From Firmicutes bacterium UBA4881 (GTDB taxonomy: Bacteria; Bacillota; DTU065): 64,000 bases of DNA. The stretch spans positions 24,594-88,593 of the forward strand of contig DHDH01000001.1 in NCBI GenBank assembly GCA_002399235.1, given 5' to 3'. The notes below the pieces were generated by a model. The model was given only the letters and a program-made list of their open reading frames with translations, searched no databases and was not told the origin of the DNA. Shown piece after piece: positions 18,888-28,601 of the stretch. Made by a program: the position numbers and the translations under genes. Position 1 is the stretch's first letter. The number at the start of each line of letters is the position of its first letter.

Positions 18888-19910
18888 ATGAGCCATCTAA
18901 AATCAGCTATTATTGGCTGTGGCGGAGTAGCCAGGGTGCATGCTCATGCCATTAACGACAACACAGATGCCCATTTAATGGCAACAGTAGACATTATCGG
19001 TGAAAGAGCAGAAAAATATGCCAGAAAGTATGGTAAAGAGGGTTGCAAAGCTTACACCAACTACAAAGAGATGTTAAAAGATCCCTCCATCGATGTAGTG
19101 CATGTTTGTGCACCTCATTACTTACATGCTCCTATGGTGATTGATGCTTTAGAAGCAGGCAAAAATGTTATCACAGAGAAACCTTTGGCCATTAGCGTAG
19201 AGCAAGCCGAGGCTATGATTGCTGCTGGTAAAAAGAGTGACAAGAATTTTGGCGTTATCTTACAAAATCGTTATAACCTAGCCAGTCAAGAAGCTAAAAA
19301 AGTTATTGATGCGGGTAAATTAGGCAAAATTCTTGGCGCTAGAGCATTTGTTACTTGGTATCGTACTAAGGAGTATTATTTAGAAAGTAATTGGAAAGGT
19401 ACCTGGGATAAAGAAGGTGGCGGAGTCTTAATAGATCAAGCCATTCATACTATAGATTTGATGCAATGGCTTGTTGGCGAAGTGGAATGGGTACAAGGTA
19501 CTTGCCACAATAGATTCCACCCTTACATTGAAGTAGAAGATGTTGCCGAAGCTATGTTCCAATTTAAAAACGGTGCTCGCGGTGTTTTATTCGCAACTAA
19601 CTACTACACCTATGATTCTAACATTATTTTGGAGATTCATGGTGAAAATGGCAAAATATTTATTGAAAAAGACATGGCGAGAATTGAAATTGGCGATGAA
19701 GCTTATACTGTAAAAGAAGATCAACAGGTTAAAGAAGGTAAATCCTATTGGGGTTCTAGCCATTCAACACAGATCGCTGAATTCTATAAAGATGTTGCGA
19801 GTGGTAAGAGACACTGGATAAGTGGTGAAGAAGCCAAGAAAGTTCTCGATATTGTTTTGGGAATTTATCGTTCGGAAGGGAAAAGAGTAGAGCTTCCTTT
19901 AAAATCATAA
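18888..19910 (+). CDS. Gfo/Idh/MocA-family oxidoreductase
   Basis: IIGCGGVA, EKPLA, GGGVLIDQAIHTID. ATG 18888 after GGAAGGAG. Confidence 0.92.
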   Translation: MSHLKSAIIGCGGVARVHAHAINDNTDAHLMATVDIIGERAEKYARKYGKEGCKAYTNYKEMLKDPSIDVVHVCAPHYLHAPMVIDALEAGKNVITEKPLAISVEQAEAMIAAGKKSDKNFGVILQNRYNLASQEAKKVIDAGKLGKILGARAFVTWYRTKEYYLESNWKGTWDKEGGGVLIDQAIHTIDLMQWLVGEVEWVQGTCHNRFHPYIEVEDVAEAMFQFKNGARGVLFATNYYTYDSNIILEIHGENGKIFIEKDMARIEIGDEAYTVKEDQQVKEGKSYWGSSHSTQIAEFYKDVASGKRHWISGEEAKKVLDIVLGIYRSEGKRVELPLKS

Positions 19911-19998
19911 TAATTAAAGCTGCTCAAATTGAGCAGCTTCTTCTTTGCCTTCTACCTAGAAATTGGTAAAATAGAAACAAGATAGGAGTGAGCATCTA

Positions 19999-20568
19999 TT
20001 GCAAGACAAACAATTTTGGCCTGATTATAAATCGGCATTTTTTCCGGTCTCGATTGTGGTAGTTAGTGTAGATGGCCCTATTAGACCAAACCTTATTACC
20101 CTAGGTTGGGCAGGAATTCTTAATTCGGATCCTTTAATGGTGGGTATTTCAGTTAGACCATCACGTTTTAGCAATCAGTTATTACATCAACAGATGGCTT
20201 TTGGCCTCAATATCCCACAAGAGAGCCAGGCCTCAGGTGTTGATTACTGTGGTGTAGTGTCAGGTAAGGATATAGATAAATTTACTGCTACAGGTTGGCA
20301 TTCAGTTAGAAGTCAGATCCTTGAGGTACCTTTAATCAAAGAATTCCCAGTTAATGCCGAGTGCCAAATAAAACAAATCATTCCTCTAGGAACCCATGAA
20401 CTATTTTTAGCCGAAGTTAAAGGTATCTATGTTAATAACGAGTATATCGCCGAGAACTCGATTGATTGGACTAAGGTCCAGGGGTTAACTTATACGGCAA
20501 AAAAATATTGGTCAGTAAAAGAGCCTGTCTATAAATCAGGGCAATCATTGAAGGAGCTAAAGAAATGA
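19999..20568 (+). CDS. Flavin reductase-family protein
   Basis: NLITLGWAG, ISVRPSRFS, CGVVSGKDIDKF, ECQIK..GTHELF. Confidence 0.9.
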   Translation: MQDKQFWPDYKSAFFPVSIVVVSVDGPIRPNLITLGWAGILNSDPLMVGISVRPSRFSNQLLHQQMAFGLNIPQESQASGVDYCGVVSGKDIDKFTATGWHSVRSQILEVPLIKEFPVNAECQIKQIIPLGTHELFLAEVKGIYVNNEYIAENSIDWTKVQGLTYTAKKYWSVKEPVYKSGQSLKELKK

Positions 20569-21371
20569 AAGTAGATTACCATATGCACACAACACGATGC
20601 GGCCATGCGGTTGGCACCATGGATGAATATGTTAGGCAAGCAATTAAATTGGGTCTTCCCGAGATCGGATTTTCCGATCACTTACCCCTTAGTCCCGCAC
20701 CTGAAGGAACTTGGTCCTGTGACTGGGCTATGCAAGAGAAGGAATTACCCGAGTATCGAGAGGAAATTGTGAGATTACAAACCAAATACCCACAGATAAC
20801 AATTAAAACTGGTATTGAAGCAGATTACTTCCCGGAAAGTATTGAGAAAACTAAAAGTTTGTTAGCTAATTACCAATGGGATTATGTTTTAGGATCAGTA
20901 CATCACATTGGTCCTTGGCCTATAGACTCTTCTGTGTATCTAGATGAGTTTGACAAAAGAGACCTCTATAAAACGTATGAGATTTATTTTTCTTTGGTTA
21001 TAGCAGCGGCTCAAACAGGTCTATATGATATAATGGCTCACCTAGATGTGATCAAAAAATATGGTCATCGACCTTCGGAAGATTTGTCTTCTTTATATAA
21101 TGATCTGGCTTTAGAGTTGAAGAAAGCCAATGTCGCTGCTGAGCTTAACACTTCGGGTTTTCGAAAAGTAGCCGCAGAGATCTATCCGGCACCTCCTCTT
21201 ATACAAAAACTAGTTGAAGCAGGGGTCCCTTTGACATTAGGTTCAGATAGTCACGCGCCTACAGAGGTAGGTATGGATTTTGCTAAAGCTCTAGAATTAT
21301 TAAATAAATTTGGTGTCAAAGAAATAGCTACGTTTACAGCTCGTAAACGTCAAATGGTTCCACTTAAATAG
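20565..21371 (+). CDS. Histidinol-phosphatase, PHP (HisJ/HisK) family
   Basis: DYHMHT..CGHA, FSDH, GIEADY, GSVH, AHLD, GSDSH. Confidence 0.88.
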   Translation: MKVDYHMHTTRCGHAVGTMDEYVRQAIKLGLPEIGFSDHLPLSPAPEGTWSCDWAMQEKELPEYREEIVRLQTKYPQITIKTGIEADYFPESIEKTKSLLANYQWDYVLGSVHHIGPWPIDSSVYLDEFDKRDLYKTYEIYFSLVIAAAQTGLYDIMAHLDVIKKYGHRPSEDLSSLYNDLALELKKANVAAELNTSGFRKVAAEIYPAPPLIQKLVEAGVPLTLGSDSHAPTEVGMDFAKALELLNKFGVKEIATFTARKRQMVPLK

Positions 21372-21386
21372 TTATGAGGTGATAGC

Positions 21387-23786
21387 GTGGATGTAGAAGG
21401 TTTTCTCAAAGAAATTACCAATTCACGCCACTATAGAGAGCAAATTCAAACTGTGAAAACTTTACCTACTCAGAGACCAAAGTTTGGAGAGGTAGAGCTA
21501 GGTGAGGTTATTGAGCCTTTATTAAAAAAAGCTAATATAAAGAAACTCTATACTCACCAAGCGACAGCACTAGATAAAGCCAGAAAGGGCGAAAATTTAG
21601 TTGTTGTATCTGGCACAGCCAGTGGTAAGACAATGTGTTATAATTTACCAGTTTTAGAAACTCTTCTCACTACGGACGACACAACAGCCCTTTATATCTA
21701 TCCTACTAAAGCCTTAGCCCAGGATCAGCAGCGAAAAATAAGAGAATTAGCCCCAGAGTTAGAGTTAGGGACCTTTGATGGTGATACACCCCCTAACGAT
21801 CGCAGAAGGCTCCGGGATAGGGGTAGACTGCTTTTAACTAACCCTGACATGCTAAGTGGTTATATTCTCCCACACCATGATTCTTTTGGCCAATTTTTGA
21901 GCAAGTTACGTTATGTAGTAATCGATGAAGTCCACTCCTATCGAGGGGTCTTCGGTTCTCATCTAGCTTTAGTCATTAACCGGTTAAAAAGAATTGCCCA
22001 AAAATATAACACTAAAATTCAATTCATAATGACTAGTGCTACTATCAATAATCCCTTAGAGTTAGCAGAATCACTCATTAAAGAACCTGTTACTTTAATC
22101 GATAATGATGGGGCTCCTAAAGGACGGAAGACCTTTGTTCTTTGGAATCCTCCATGGGATGATAGGGAGGGGCAACGTTTAAGTGCTAATGTGGAGGCTA
22201 ACAGGCTTTTTGTTAAATTAATTAAAGAACGGATTAGAACTATCGCTTTTGTTAAGGCCAGGGTAACTGCTGAACTTTTATACCGTTATGCTGCTGATGA
22301 GCTAAGTAGATTCGGTTTATCACAAATGGTTAAAGCATATAGGGGCGGTTATTTGCCTGAAGATAGAAGGCAGATAGAAGAGGATCTTTTTACAGGTAAA
22401 CTTCTAGGTGTAACCAGCACAAGTGCTTTAGAATTAGGTATTGATGTGGGTGGCTTAGATGCCTGTCTTATTGTAGGCTATCCTGGGTCGGTAGCTTCTA
22501 CTTGGCAACAAGCAGGACGAGCTGGTAGAGGTAAAAACGATTCGTTAGTTATACTTATTGCTAACTCTGATCCTATCGACCAGTTTATCGTACAACACCC
22601 CGATTACTTCTTTGAGCAATCTCCAGAGAGTGCTGTTATAGATCCAGATAACCCTTATATCTTACTTAGTGAGCTTAGAGCTATGGCTTATGAGTTACCC
22701 CTAAGAAAGGATGAAGTTATTAATATTAGTGAAAATGCCCCAGCGGTAACCCAGATACTTACTGAAAGTGGGGAGCTATCCCCAAGGAGGAATCAGTTCT
22801 TTTGGATTGGTAGGGGTTACCCACCCCAGGATATTAATCTAAGAAATATCTCCGAAAACACCTACAGTATAGTGGAAAGAGTCGATAACCAAACTGTAGC
22901 CATAGGGAGTATTGACGAACTGTCTGCTTTCACTCAACTTCACGAAGAAGCAGTTTATATGCATAATGCCGATACTTATTTAGTGAGAGAACTTGATTTA
23001 AAAGGTAAAATAGCCTATGTAGAAAGAGCTGATGTAGATTACTTCACCCAGTCTATAACTGAAAGAAGAGTCTTGGTAAAAGAAGAGCGCTTAAACCGCA
23101 ATTATCAAGAAGCACGTCTAGCTTTTGGTGAACTAGATGTTACTTTTATTACCTATATGTTTCGTAAGATTAAATTTTATACCAAAGACTCTTTTGGTTT
23201 TGGTAGTATAAAGTTACCACCATCAACTTTAGAAACCTGTGGTATCTGGTTAGAGCTACCTTCTAAAGTAGTAGGTGATGTAATTAAATATGGCAAAGAT
23301 CCCCGTGAAGGACTTTTAGGCATTGGCAATGTCCTATCGTCTTTAATGCCACTTTATATTCTTTCTGATCCTGGTGATGTAGGTTCGGCTGTTGATAGTG
23401 CTAACACAGGTAAACCTGTCCTCTTCCTTTTTGATCGTTTTCCAGGTGGAATTGGTATCACAGAGAAAGCTTTCCCTTTAATCGAAGAACTATTAGAAAA
23501 AGCTTTAAATCTTATCAAAGCTTGTAACTGCGAACGTGGCTGTCCATCTTGTGTAGGAGCACCGCGAACCAGAGAAGATCTTCTCGATCCAGACTCTTCA
23601 CCACGAGGAAAACTTCCTGATAAGGATACGGCGCTAATAATTTTGCATAGTTTATTAGGCCTTGAAGAGTATATACCCCAAAGTGTTGAAGAAGAAGAGA
23701 TAGTTTGGCAGGTTAAGCCATTACCTGAGAATACAGAAAATAGATTAAGACAGATGATAGGTAAAATAAAAGAGAAAGGGCGATAA
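21387..23786 (+). CDS. mrfA: DEAH-box helicase with DUF1998 (MrfA/Hrq1 family)
   Basis: GTASGKT, DEVH, SAT, ELGIDVG, QAGRAGR, C-terminal CNCERGCPSC. Confidence 0.88.
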   Translation: MDVEGFLKEITNSRHYREQIQTVKTLPTQRPKFGEVELGEVIEPLLKKANIKKLYTHQATALDKARKGENLVVVSGTASGKTMCYNLPVLETLLTTDDTTALYIYPTKALAQDQQRKIRELAPELELGTFDGDTPPNDRRRLRDRGRLLLTNPDMLSGYILPHHDSFGQFLSKLRYVVIDEVHSYRGVFGSHLALVINRLKRIAQKYNTKIQFIMTSATINNPLELAESLIKEPVTLIDNDGAPKGRKTFVLWNPPWDDREGQRLSANVEANRLFVKLIKERIRTIAFVKARVTAELLYRYAADELSRFGLSQMVKAYRGGYLPEDRRQIEEDLFTGKLLGVTSTSALELGIDVGGLDACLIVGYPGSVASTWQQAGRAGRGKNDSLVILIANSDPIDQFIVQHPDYFFEQSPESAVIDPDNPYILLSELRAMAYELPLRKDEVINISENAPAVTQILTESGELSPRRNQFFWIGRGYPPQDINLRNISENTYSIVERVDNQTVAIGSIDELSAFTQLHEEAVYMHNADTYLVRELDLKGKIAYVERADVDYFTQSITERRVLVKEERLNRNYQEARLAFGELDVTFITYMFRKIKFYTKDSFGFGSIKLPPSTLETCGIWLELPSKVVGDVIKYGKDPREGLLGIGNVLSSLMPLYILSDPGDVGSAVDSANTGKPVLFLFDRFPGGIGITEKAFPLIEELLEKALNLIKACNCERGCPSCVGAPRTREDLLDPDSSPRGKLPDKDTALIILHSLLGLEEYIPQSVEEEEIVWQVKPLPENTENRLRQMIGKIKEKGR

Positions 23787-23789
23787 TAA

Positions 23790-24149
23790 ATGACTAGAGA
23801 AGATATTATTAACAAAGCTAAAGAGATTAACCTAGTTCTTAAACTAAGTGATGAGTATCTTGCCTATCAAAAAGCTGCTAAGGAAATAGAAGAACATGCA
23901 GCGGCAGGTATTATGTTAAACGATTTTCGTAAGAAGCAAATGGAGATTCAAAGGAAGGCGCTTGAAGGTGAGGATGTCGAAGCATATTTAGGTGAACTTC
24001 GTAAACTATGGGATGTTGTTAGCATGAATCCTTATGTACGTAATGTTATCGAAGCTGAGTTAGCTTTTGGACAACTTTATAGCGAGGTAATGCAGGAAGT
24101 AGTCCGGGACATCGATCTACTAGCAAGTGAGAAACCGCAGGAAAATTAA
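23790..24149 (+). CDS. YlbF/YmcA-family regulator
   Basis: All-helical 119 aa: DIINKAKEI..SDEY..Y, NPYVRNVIEAE. Confidence 0.8.
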   Translation: MTREDIINKAKEINLVLKLSDEYLAYQKAAKEIEEHAAAGIMLNDFRKKQMEIQRKALEGEDVEAYLGELRKLWDVVSMNPYVRNVIEAELAFGQLYSEVMQEVVRDIDLLASEKPQEN

Positions 24150-24161
24150 AGGGGTTTTAGA

Positions 24162-24644
24162 ATGAAATTAGGTCAAAATGTGCATAAAGCTGAGAGTGCA
24201 GTTATTGCTGGCGAGGTTACACTAGGGAATAATGTAAATGTTTGGTACAATGCAGTTATTCGAGCTGATATTGCACCTATCTATATCGATTGCGATACTA
24301 ACATCCAGGAGAACGCGATTTTACATGTAACCAAAGATTTACCATTAAAACTAGGTAAAAGGGTAACTGTAGGCCATGGTGCTATTCTACACAGTTGCCT
24401 CATCGAAGATGATGTTTTAATTGGTATGGGAGCAATTGTCCTTGATGGAGCTCAGATAGGTTCAGGCTCAATGATCGGCGCAGGAGCTTTAGTTGGTCCT
24501 GGGAAGGTAATACCACCAAACTCATTGGTAGTTGGTGTTCCTGGTAAAGTAGTGCGAGAACTTACCGAGGAAGAACAAAGGTCGAAGGCCGAGAATATTG
24601 CAGAGTATCTCTTGCTTGCCAAATCATTACCTAGTATCGACTAA
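24162..24644 (+). CDS. Gamma carbonic anhydrase family protein
   Basis: WYNAVIRAD, NIQEN..LH, TVGHGAILHSC, hexapeptide repeats. Confidence 0.92.
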   Translation: MKLGQNVHKAESAVIAGEVTLGNNVNVWYNAVIRADIAPIYIDCDTNIQENAILHVTKDLPLKLGKRVTVGHGAILHSCLIEDDVLIGMGAIVLDGAQIGSGSMIGAGALVGPGKVIPPNSLVVGVPGKVVRELTEEEQRSKAENIAEYLLLAKSLPSID

Positions 24645-24715
24645 ATAGAGGTCTATTTAGGGAGGCAGAAAGAAATTAACGTTAGAAGGCTACTGACAAC
24701 GATCAGTAGCCTTTC

Positions 24716-25432
24716 TTATTCACAGATTATTGGTAGGTAATTATTTTCTGGCTCTAAAATAAAGAGCCTACCAAGTAACTTAATCTGAACTTGAAAATTA
24801 GGGAATAACCTAGCTTTAGTGGCTAAGATGGTTTGCTCATTTTCTTCTGGAGAAAGACCTGCTTTAGCTAAAGCGTGTTTAAAATTGGTCAGTTGTTGCT
24901 TACTTTCTCTTAACCACTCAGCATCTAATTCAATATTAGCTTGGATGTGATACAGGGCTAAATTTAGAGCTTCTTTATACGAGATTTTTTTCTTTACTAC
25001 AGGACCAGGGTCTGCAGCTAAATAGTTTCCCAGTTTAGCTTGTGAAACAGTACCCGAAATTAAATTAATGAGTAAAGAAAAATGCAAACGTGGTGCTTTT
25101 GGTTGAGGAGAGATAAGTTGCAACCAAAGATAAAGATAAGGAATATAACTTTCCCTAGTTTGGTTCTGAGGTTTGGGGTCTGGTATTTTCTTGACATAGG
25201 CTGTTGTGAAAGCTCCTTTGGCTAGACAAGAATCTAAGACTTGGTAAAAGAAATTAGTGCCAGGGTAAAAACCGATGGTGCCTTCGTTAAGTTCGGCTTC
25301 TTTTAGAGTATAACTAGTTTCGTTAGATTGATCATTGTGCGACCACTGAGCTATAACCAGATTACCCTCTTTTTTGTACTTATATTGCAAATAATCTAGG
25401 TAATCTAAAAAAAACTGTTGGTACTTTTCCAT
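24716..25432 (-). CDS. YqhG-like protein
   Basis: Coupled to the SNF2 gene as in B. subtilis yqhH-yqhG; weak similarity (FYPGTNFFYQV..KG, INLISG). Confidence 0.5.
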   Translation of the reverse strand: MEKYQQFFLDYLDYLQYKYKKEGNLVIAQWSHNDQSNETSYTLKEAELNEGTIGFYPGTNFFYQVLDSCLAKGAFTTAYVKKIPDPKPQNQTRESYIPYLYLWLQLISPQPKAPRLHFSLLINLISGTVSQAKLGNYLAADPGPVVKKKISYKEALNLALYHIQANIELDAEWLRESKQQLTNFKHALAKAGLSPEENEQTILATKARLFPNFQVQIKLLGRLFILEPENNYLPIICE

Positions 25433-27090
25433 TAGCTAGTTAACTCCTTTTCCATGGGTGGGAGTAGTAGTTCAGAGATAATATATTGAGTGAGATCTTC
25501 GCCTAAACACTCTTCATCTAAAGAGAAAACATCGGTGAAGATCTGGAGTTTTTTATACAAGAGTTCCAAGATTCTTTCCTCTATGGTGTCTTTAGTAAAT
25601 AGATTAAGGACTTCTACTGGTTCTGTTTGGCCTAAACGATGAACTCTACCAATTCTTTGTTCTAATTTCATAGGATTCCAGGGTAGATCATAGTTAATAA
25701 TTCGGTGACAAAATTGTAAGTTGAGTCCTTCACCGCCAGCTTCGGTTGCTAATAGTACTTGAGCATCTCTCCTAAAACGTTCTCTAGCCCATTCTTTGCG
25801 CGAAGAAGATAACGAGCCATCGTAAGTTACAAAACGAATATTTCGTTTAGCTAGTTCGTTAGCTAAGAACTTTTGGGTTGCTACATATTCTGTGAAGACT
25901 ACGATTTTGTCTGGACATGTACTTAACTTATTAAGAAGAAAACGGGTTTTAGCATTGGTTTTTACTGAAACACCCAGCTGAACAATTTCACCTAAAAGGG
26001 GGTCTTCTGACTCACTTAGCAACTTTTCTAAGGTTAGTAGAGCGGCAAAAACGCTAGAGCAAAGTTCTTTTTGCAGAGTAACTAAAAGTAGTTGATTTTG
26101 GTGTTTTCTTTGTAAGGACAGTTTTATGTATTCGGAAAGGGCTTGGTATAAGAGCCTTTCCGAATCCTCTTGTTCACACCCAGCATGGGTTACTTGGCGG
26201 GGAGGAAGCTCTAATAGAGCTTCTTTACGTGTAGTGCGAATTAAAAATGGTTTTAAAGCTTTTTTTACAGAATCAAGGTTAGGGTTATCACCTAAAGCAT
26301 ACCGATGCGAAAAATCCTCTAAAGAACCTAATACCCCAGGTGCAATTAACTGTACTAAATTAAAAAGTTCTCTTAAGTTGTTTTGCATAGGTGTAGCAGT
26401 AATTAATAGTAGATGGCGTTTTTTTAATTGAGAGATAAATTTGTAAGCTTGCGTTTTATTGTTTTTTAAGTGATGAGCTTCATCAACAATAACCATATCC
26501 CAAGAAACTTCTTTGATTAAAGAAGCATGAGGCTCTTTTTTGGCTGTAGCTAGACTAGCTATAAGTAAAAAACTATTTTGCCAATCAAGTAAGGTCCGTT
26601 GTCTATAAACCTGTAGGCTAAGCTTCTGGCGTAGTTCCCATTCCCATTGCCTAGTTAAAGAAGCTGGTGTAAGGATTAAAACTTTATTTAATAAACCTCT
26701 CTCTAAGTATTCTCTAAGAATTAAACCTGCTTCAATTGTTTTACCTAAACCTACTTCGTCGGCAATTATAGCTTGACCATTCATTTCTTCAATTACGCGG
26801 CGTACACATTCAATTTGGTGAGTGTAAGGGATTAATCCTAAACGTTTAAAGTTTTCTTGCAGACGAGTTAAGGAAAATAAGTCAAAATCGTTGTTGGTTG
26901 TTTCTAACAAGACATTTAAAGCTTTATATGCTAAAAGAAATAAGTTAAAGTCCTTGTTTTGTTTACTGTAGCGCAAGCCTACACTGGCTGCATCCAGATC
27001 AAGTTTTAGTTCTAAATCATCATTAGCTAAGGTGAGAAATCTAGGTTCTCTTAAGCCATCGCCAGGCATAATATAGCGAATTTTAGCCAA
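25432..27090 (-). CDS. yqhH: SNF2-family helicase, YqhH-like
   Basis: ADEVGLGKTIEAG, DEAHHLKN, TATPMQN, TEAGGEGLNLQFC, DLPWNPMKLEQRIGRVHRLGQ. Confidence 0.88.
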   Translation of the reverse strand: MAKIRYIMPGDGLREPRFLTLANDDLELKLDLDAASVGLRYSKQNKDFNLFLLAYKALNVLLETTNNDFDLFSLTRLQENFKRLGLIPYTHQIECVRRVIEEMNGQAIIADEVGLGKTIEAGLILREYLERGLLNKVLILTPASLTRQWEWELRQKLSLQVYRQRTLLDWQNSFLLIASLATAKKEPHASLIKEVSWDMVIVDEAHHLKNNKTQAYKFISQLKKRHLLLITATPMQNNLRELFNLVQLIAPGVLGSLEDFSHRYALGDNPNLDSVKKALKPFLIRTTRKEALLELPPRQVTHAGCEQEDSERLLYQALSEYIKLSLQRKHQNQLLLVTLQKELCSSVFAALLTLEKLLSESEDPLLGEIVQLGVSVKTNAKTRFLLNKLSTCPDKIVVFTEYVATQKFLANELAKRNIRFVTYDGSLSSSRKEWARERFRRDAQVLLATEAGGEGLNLQFCHRIINYDLPWNPMKLEQRIGRVHRLGQTEPVEVLNLFTKDTIEERILELLYKKLQIFTDVFSLDEECLGEDLTQYIISELLLPPMEKELTS

Positions 27091-27114
27091 ATAAATTCCC
27101 CGTTTCTTTTTTGT

Positions 27115-27144
27115 TAGGATAGCCTTTTTTGTTAGAAATCAATC
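27115..27144 (-). promoter_or_regulatory. SigF-like promoter for yqhH
   Basis: GATTG-N15-GGCTATCCTA on the minus strand; imperfect match to the consensus. Confidence 0.35.
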
Positions 27145-27181
27145 AATTGGCATTATTTTCACTCTCTGAAAAATTATAAGA

Positions 27182-27207
27182 AGGAAAAGTAAAGTTAATG
27201 AAAGAAT
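27182..27207 (+). promoter_or_regulatory. SigH-type promoter
   Basis: AGGA-N18-GAAT upstream of the solute-binding protein gene. Confidence 0.5.
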
Positions 27208-27243
27208 AGCAATATTAATGGGAATTCTGTTAAAACAGAAAGG

Positions 27244-28536
27244 GTGAATGTAGTGAGTAAAAGGATGTGGTTATTTTTCGTTGTTGTGCTTGTTAGTATA
27301 ACAACAGTAGCGGCTCCGCTAACCATGTGGGTAACTGGTTATTCTAACGAAGAGAAGAGAATTCTTAACGAAATTATCGCTGACAGCTTTACCAAAAAGA
27401 CTGGAATTGAAGTAAGTATAACCAATCTTTCTTGGAACGATTACGAAAAGAAGTATCTTCTAGCTGCTGCGACTGGGGATGGTCCGGATGTAGCACATAT
27501 GGGAGCAATTGTAGCTCCACAGCTAGGTGTTAGAGGAGCCTTAGAAGATCTCACTCAATATCCTAATTATACTAATTTAGAGAAGAATACTTTCCCCGGA
27601 CTTTTAAAGGGATGGCGTTATAAATCAGTTTCATATGGTGTTCCTTTTGGGACCTACCTTTATCCTATGTTTGTGCGTACAGATATCTTAGCTGAAAATG
27701 GCCTCGGTGTTCCTGATAACTGGGATGAGTTTAGAGCAATAATTCCTAAGTTACAAGCTAAAGGTATGAATGTATCACTCGCTTGGGGACTATCAGGAAA
27801 CATTTACTGTGACGCTTCCATGTTTATGTGGCAAAAGGGAGCCGATTGGTATAATGATTCCTTAACAGCTTCTATGTGGGATAGCCCAGAGGGTATAGCT
27901 GGATTTAGGGAATATATGGAGCTTTATACTAAATACAAAATTGAACAGGAGACCGGAATCTCCCTACGTTCAACTAATTTCCGCACCGGCAAGGTACCTA
28001 TAATCTTTGGTAACATCTATAGCGACTATGGTATCTTTAATCTAACAGCTCCTGAGATCAAAGGTAAGTGGTCTGTGAAAGTAGCACCTGGAGTTAAACG
28101 TGATGGTACTATGCATAGAGATGTTTATGCAGGACCATCAACAATGTCGATATTTAAATCTTCGAAAAAGAAAAACGAAGCTTGGCAACTTCTTCAGTTC
28201 CTTGCTTCAGCTGAGATACAGTCTCAGTATGCCTCTAGAATTATGAATGAGATTCAAGGTATAACTTTTGTTCCAACCGATATAAATGCTTTTAGAGCAT
28301 TACCTATCCCTGAAAAAGATCGTCAAATCATCGAAGAGCAAGCTAAACATGCCAAGACACCACCATTTTCTCTAGCACCTAGAGAGATGGCTTATAGGTT
28401 ACTTGATTTTGCTGCTCACGAAGTTATACAGCAGGGCAAGGATCCTACTGCTGCTATTAAAGACGCTGCGAAGCAGATGACTAGCGAATTACAAAAGAAG
28501 AACAAAGAGTTCAAACGTTTCCTCGATAAGTTATAA
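27244..28536 (+). CDS. Carbohydrate ABC transporter solute-binding protein
   Basis: Cleavable signal peptide with no lipobox Cys, ATGDGPDV, YGVP...MFVRTDIL, AWQLLQFL. Confidence 0.9.
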   Translation: MNVVSKRMWLFFVVVLVSITTVAAPLTMWVTGYSNEEKRILNEIIADSFTKKTGIEVSITNLSWNDYEKKYLLAAATGDGPDVAHMGAIVAPQLGVRGALEDLTQYPNYTNLEKNTFPGLLKGWRYKSVSYGVPFGTYLYPMFVRTDILAENGLGVPDNWDEFRAIIPKLQAKGMNVSLAWGLSGNIYCDASMFMWQKGADWYNDSLTASMWDSPEGIAGFREYMELYTKYKIEQETGISLRSTNFRTGKVPIIFGNIYSDYGIFNLTAPEIKGKWSVKVAPGVKRDGTMHRDVYAGPSTMSIFKSSKKKNEAWQLLQFLASAEIQSQYASRIMNEIQGITFVPTDINAFRALPIPEKDRQIIEEQAKHAKTPPFSLAPREMAYRLLDFAAHEVIQQGKDPTAAIKDAAKQMTSELQKKNKEFKRFLDKL

Positions 28537-28601
28537 TAAATAACAAAAATGGGGCCCTTTTTAGGGCCCTTTCTAATCTATAAGAGAAAAGAGGGATCTG
28601 A

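Noticed and set aside
21387-27090. DUF1998 helicase plus SNF2 helicase as a DISARM/Druantia-type defence system
   Set aside because: They are on opposite strands, match housekeeping MrfA and YqhH, and have no methylase or other system genes nearby.
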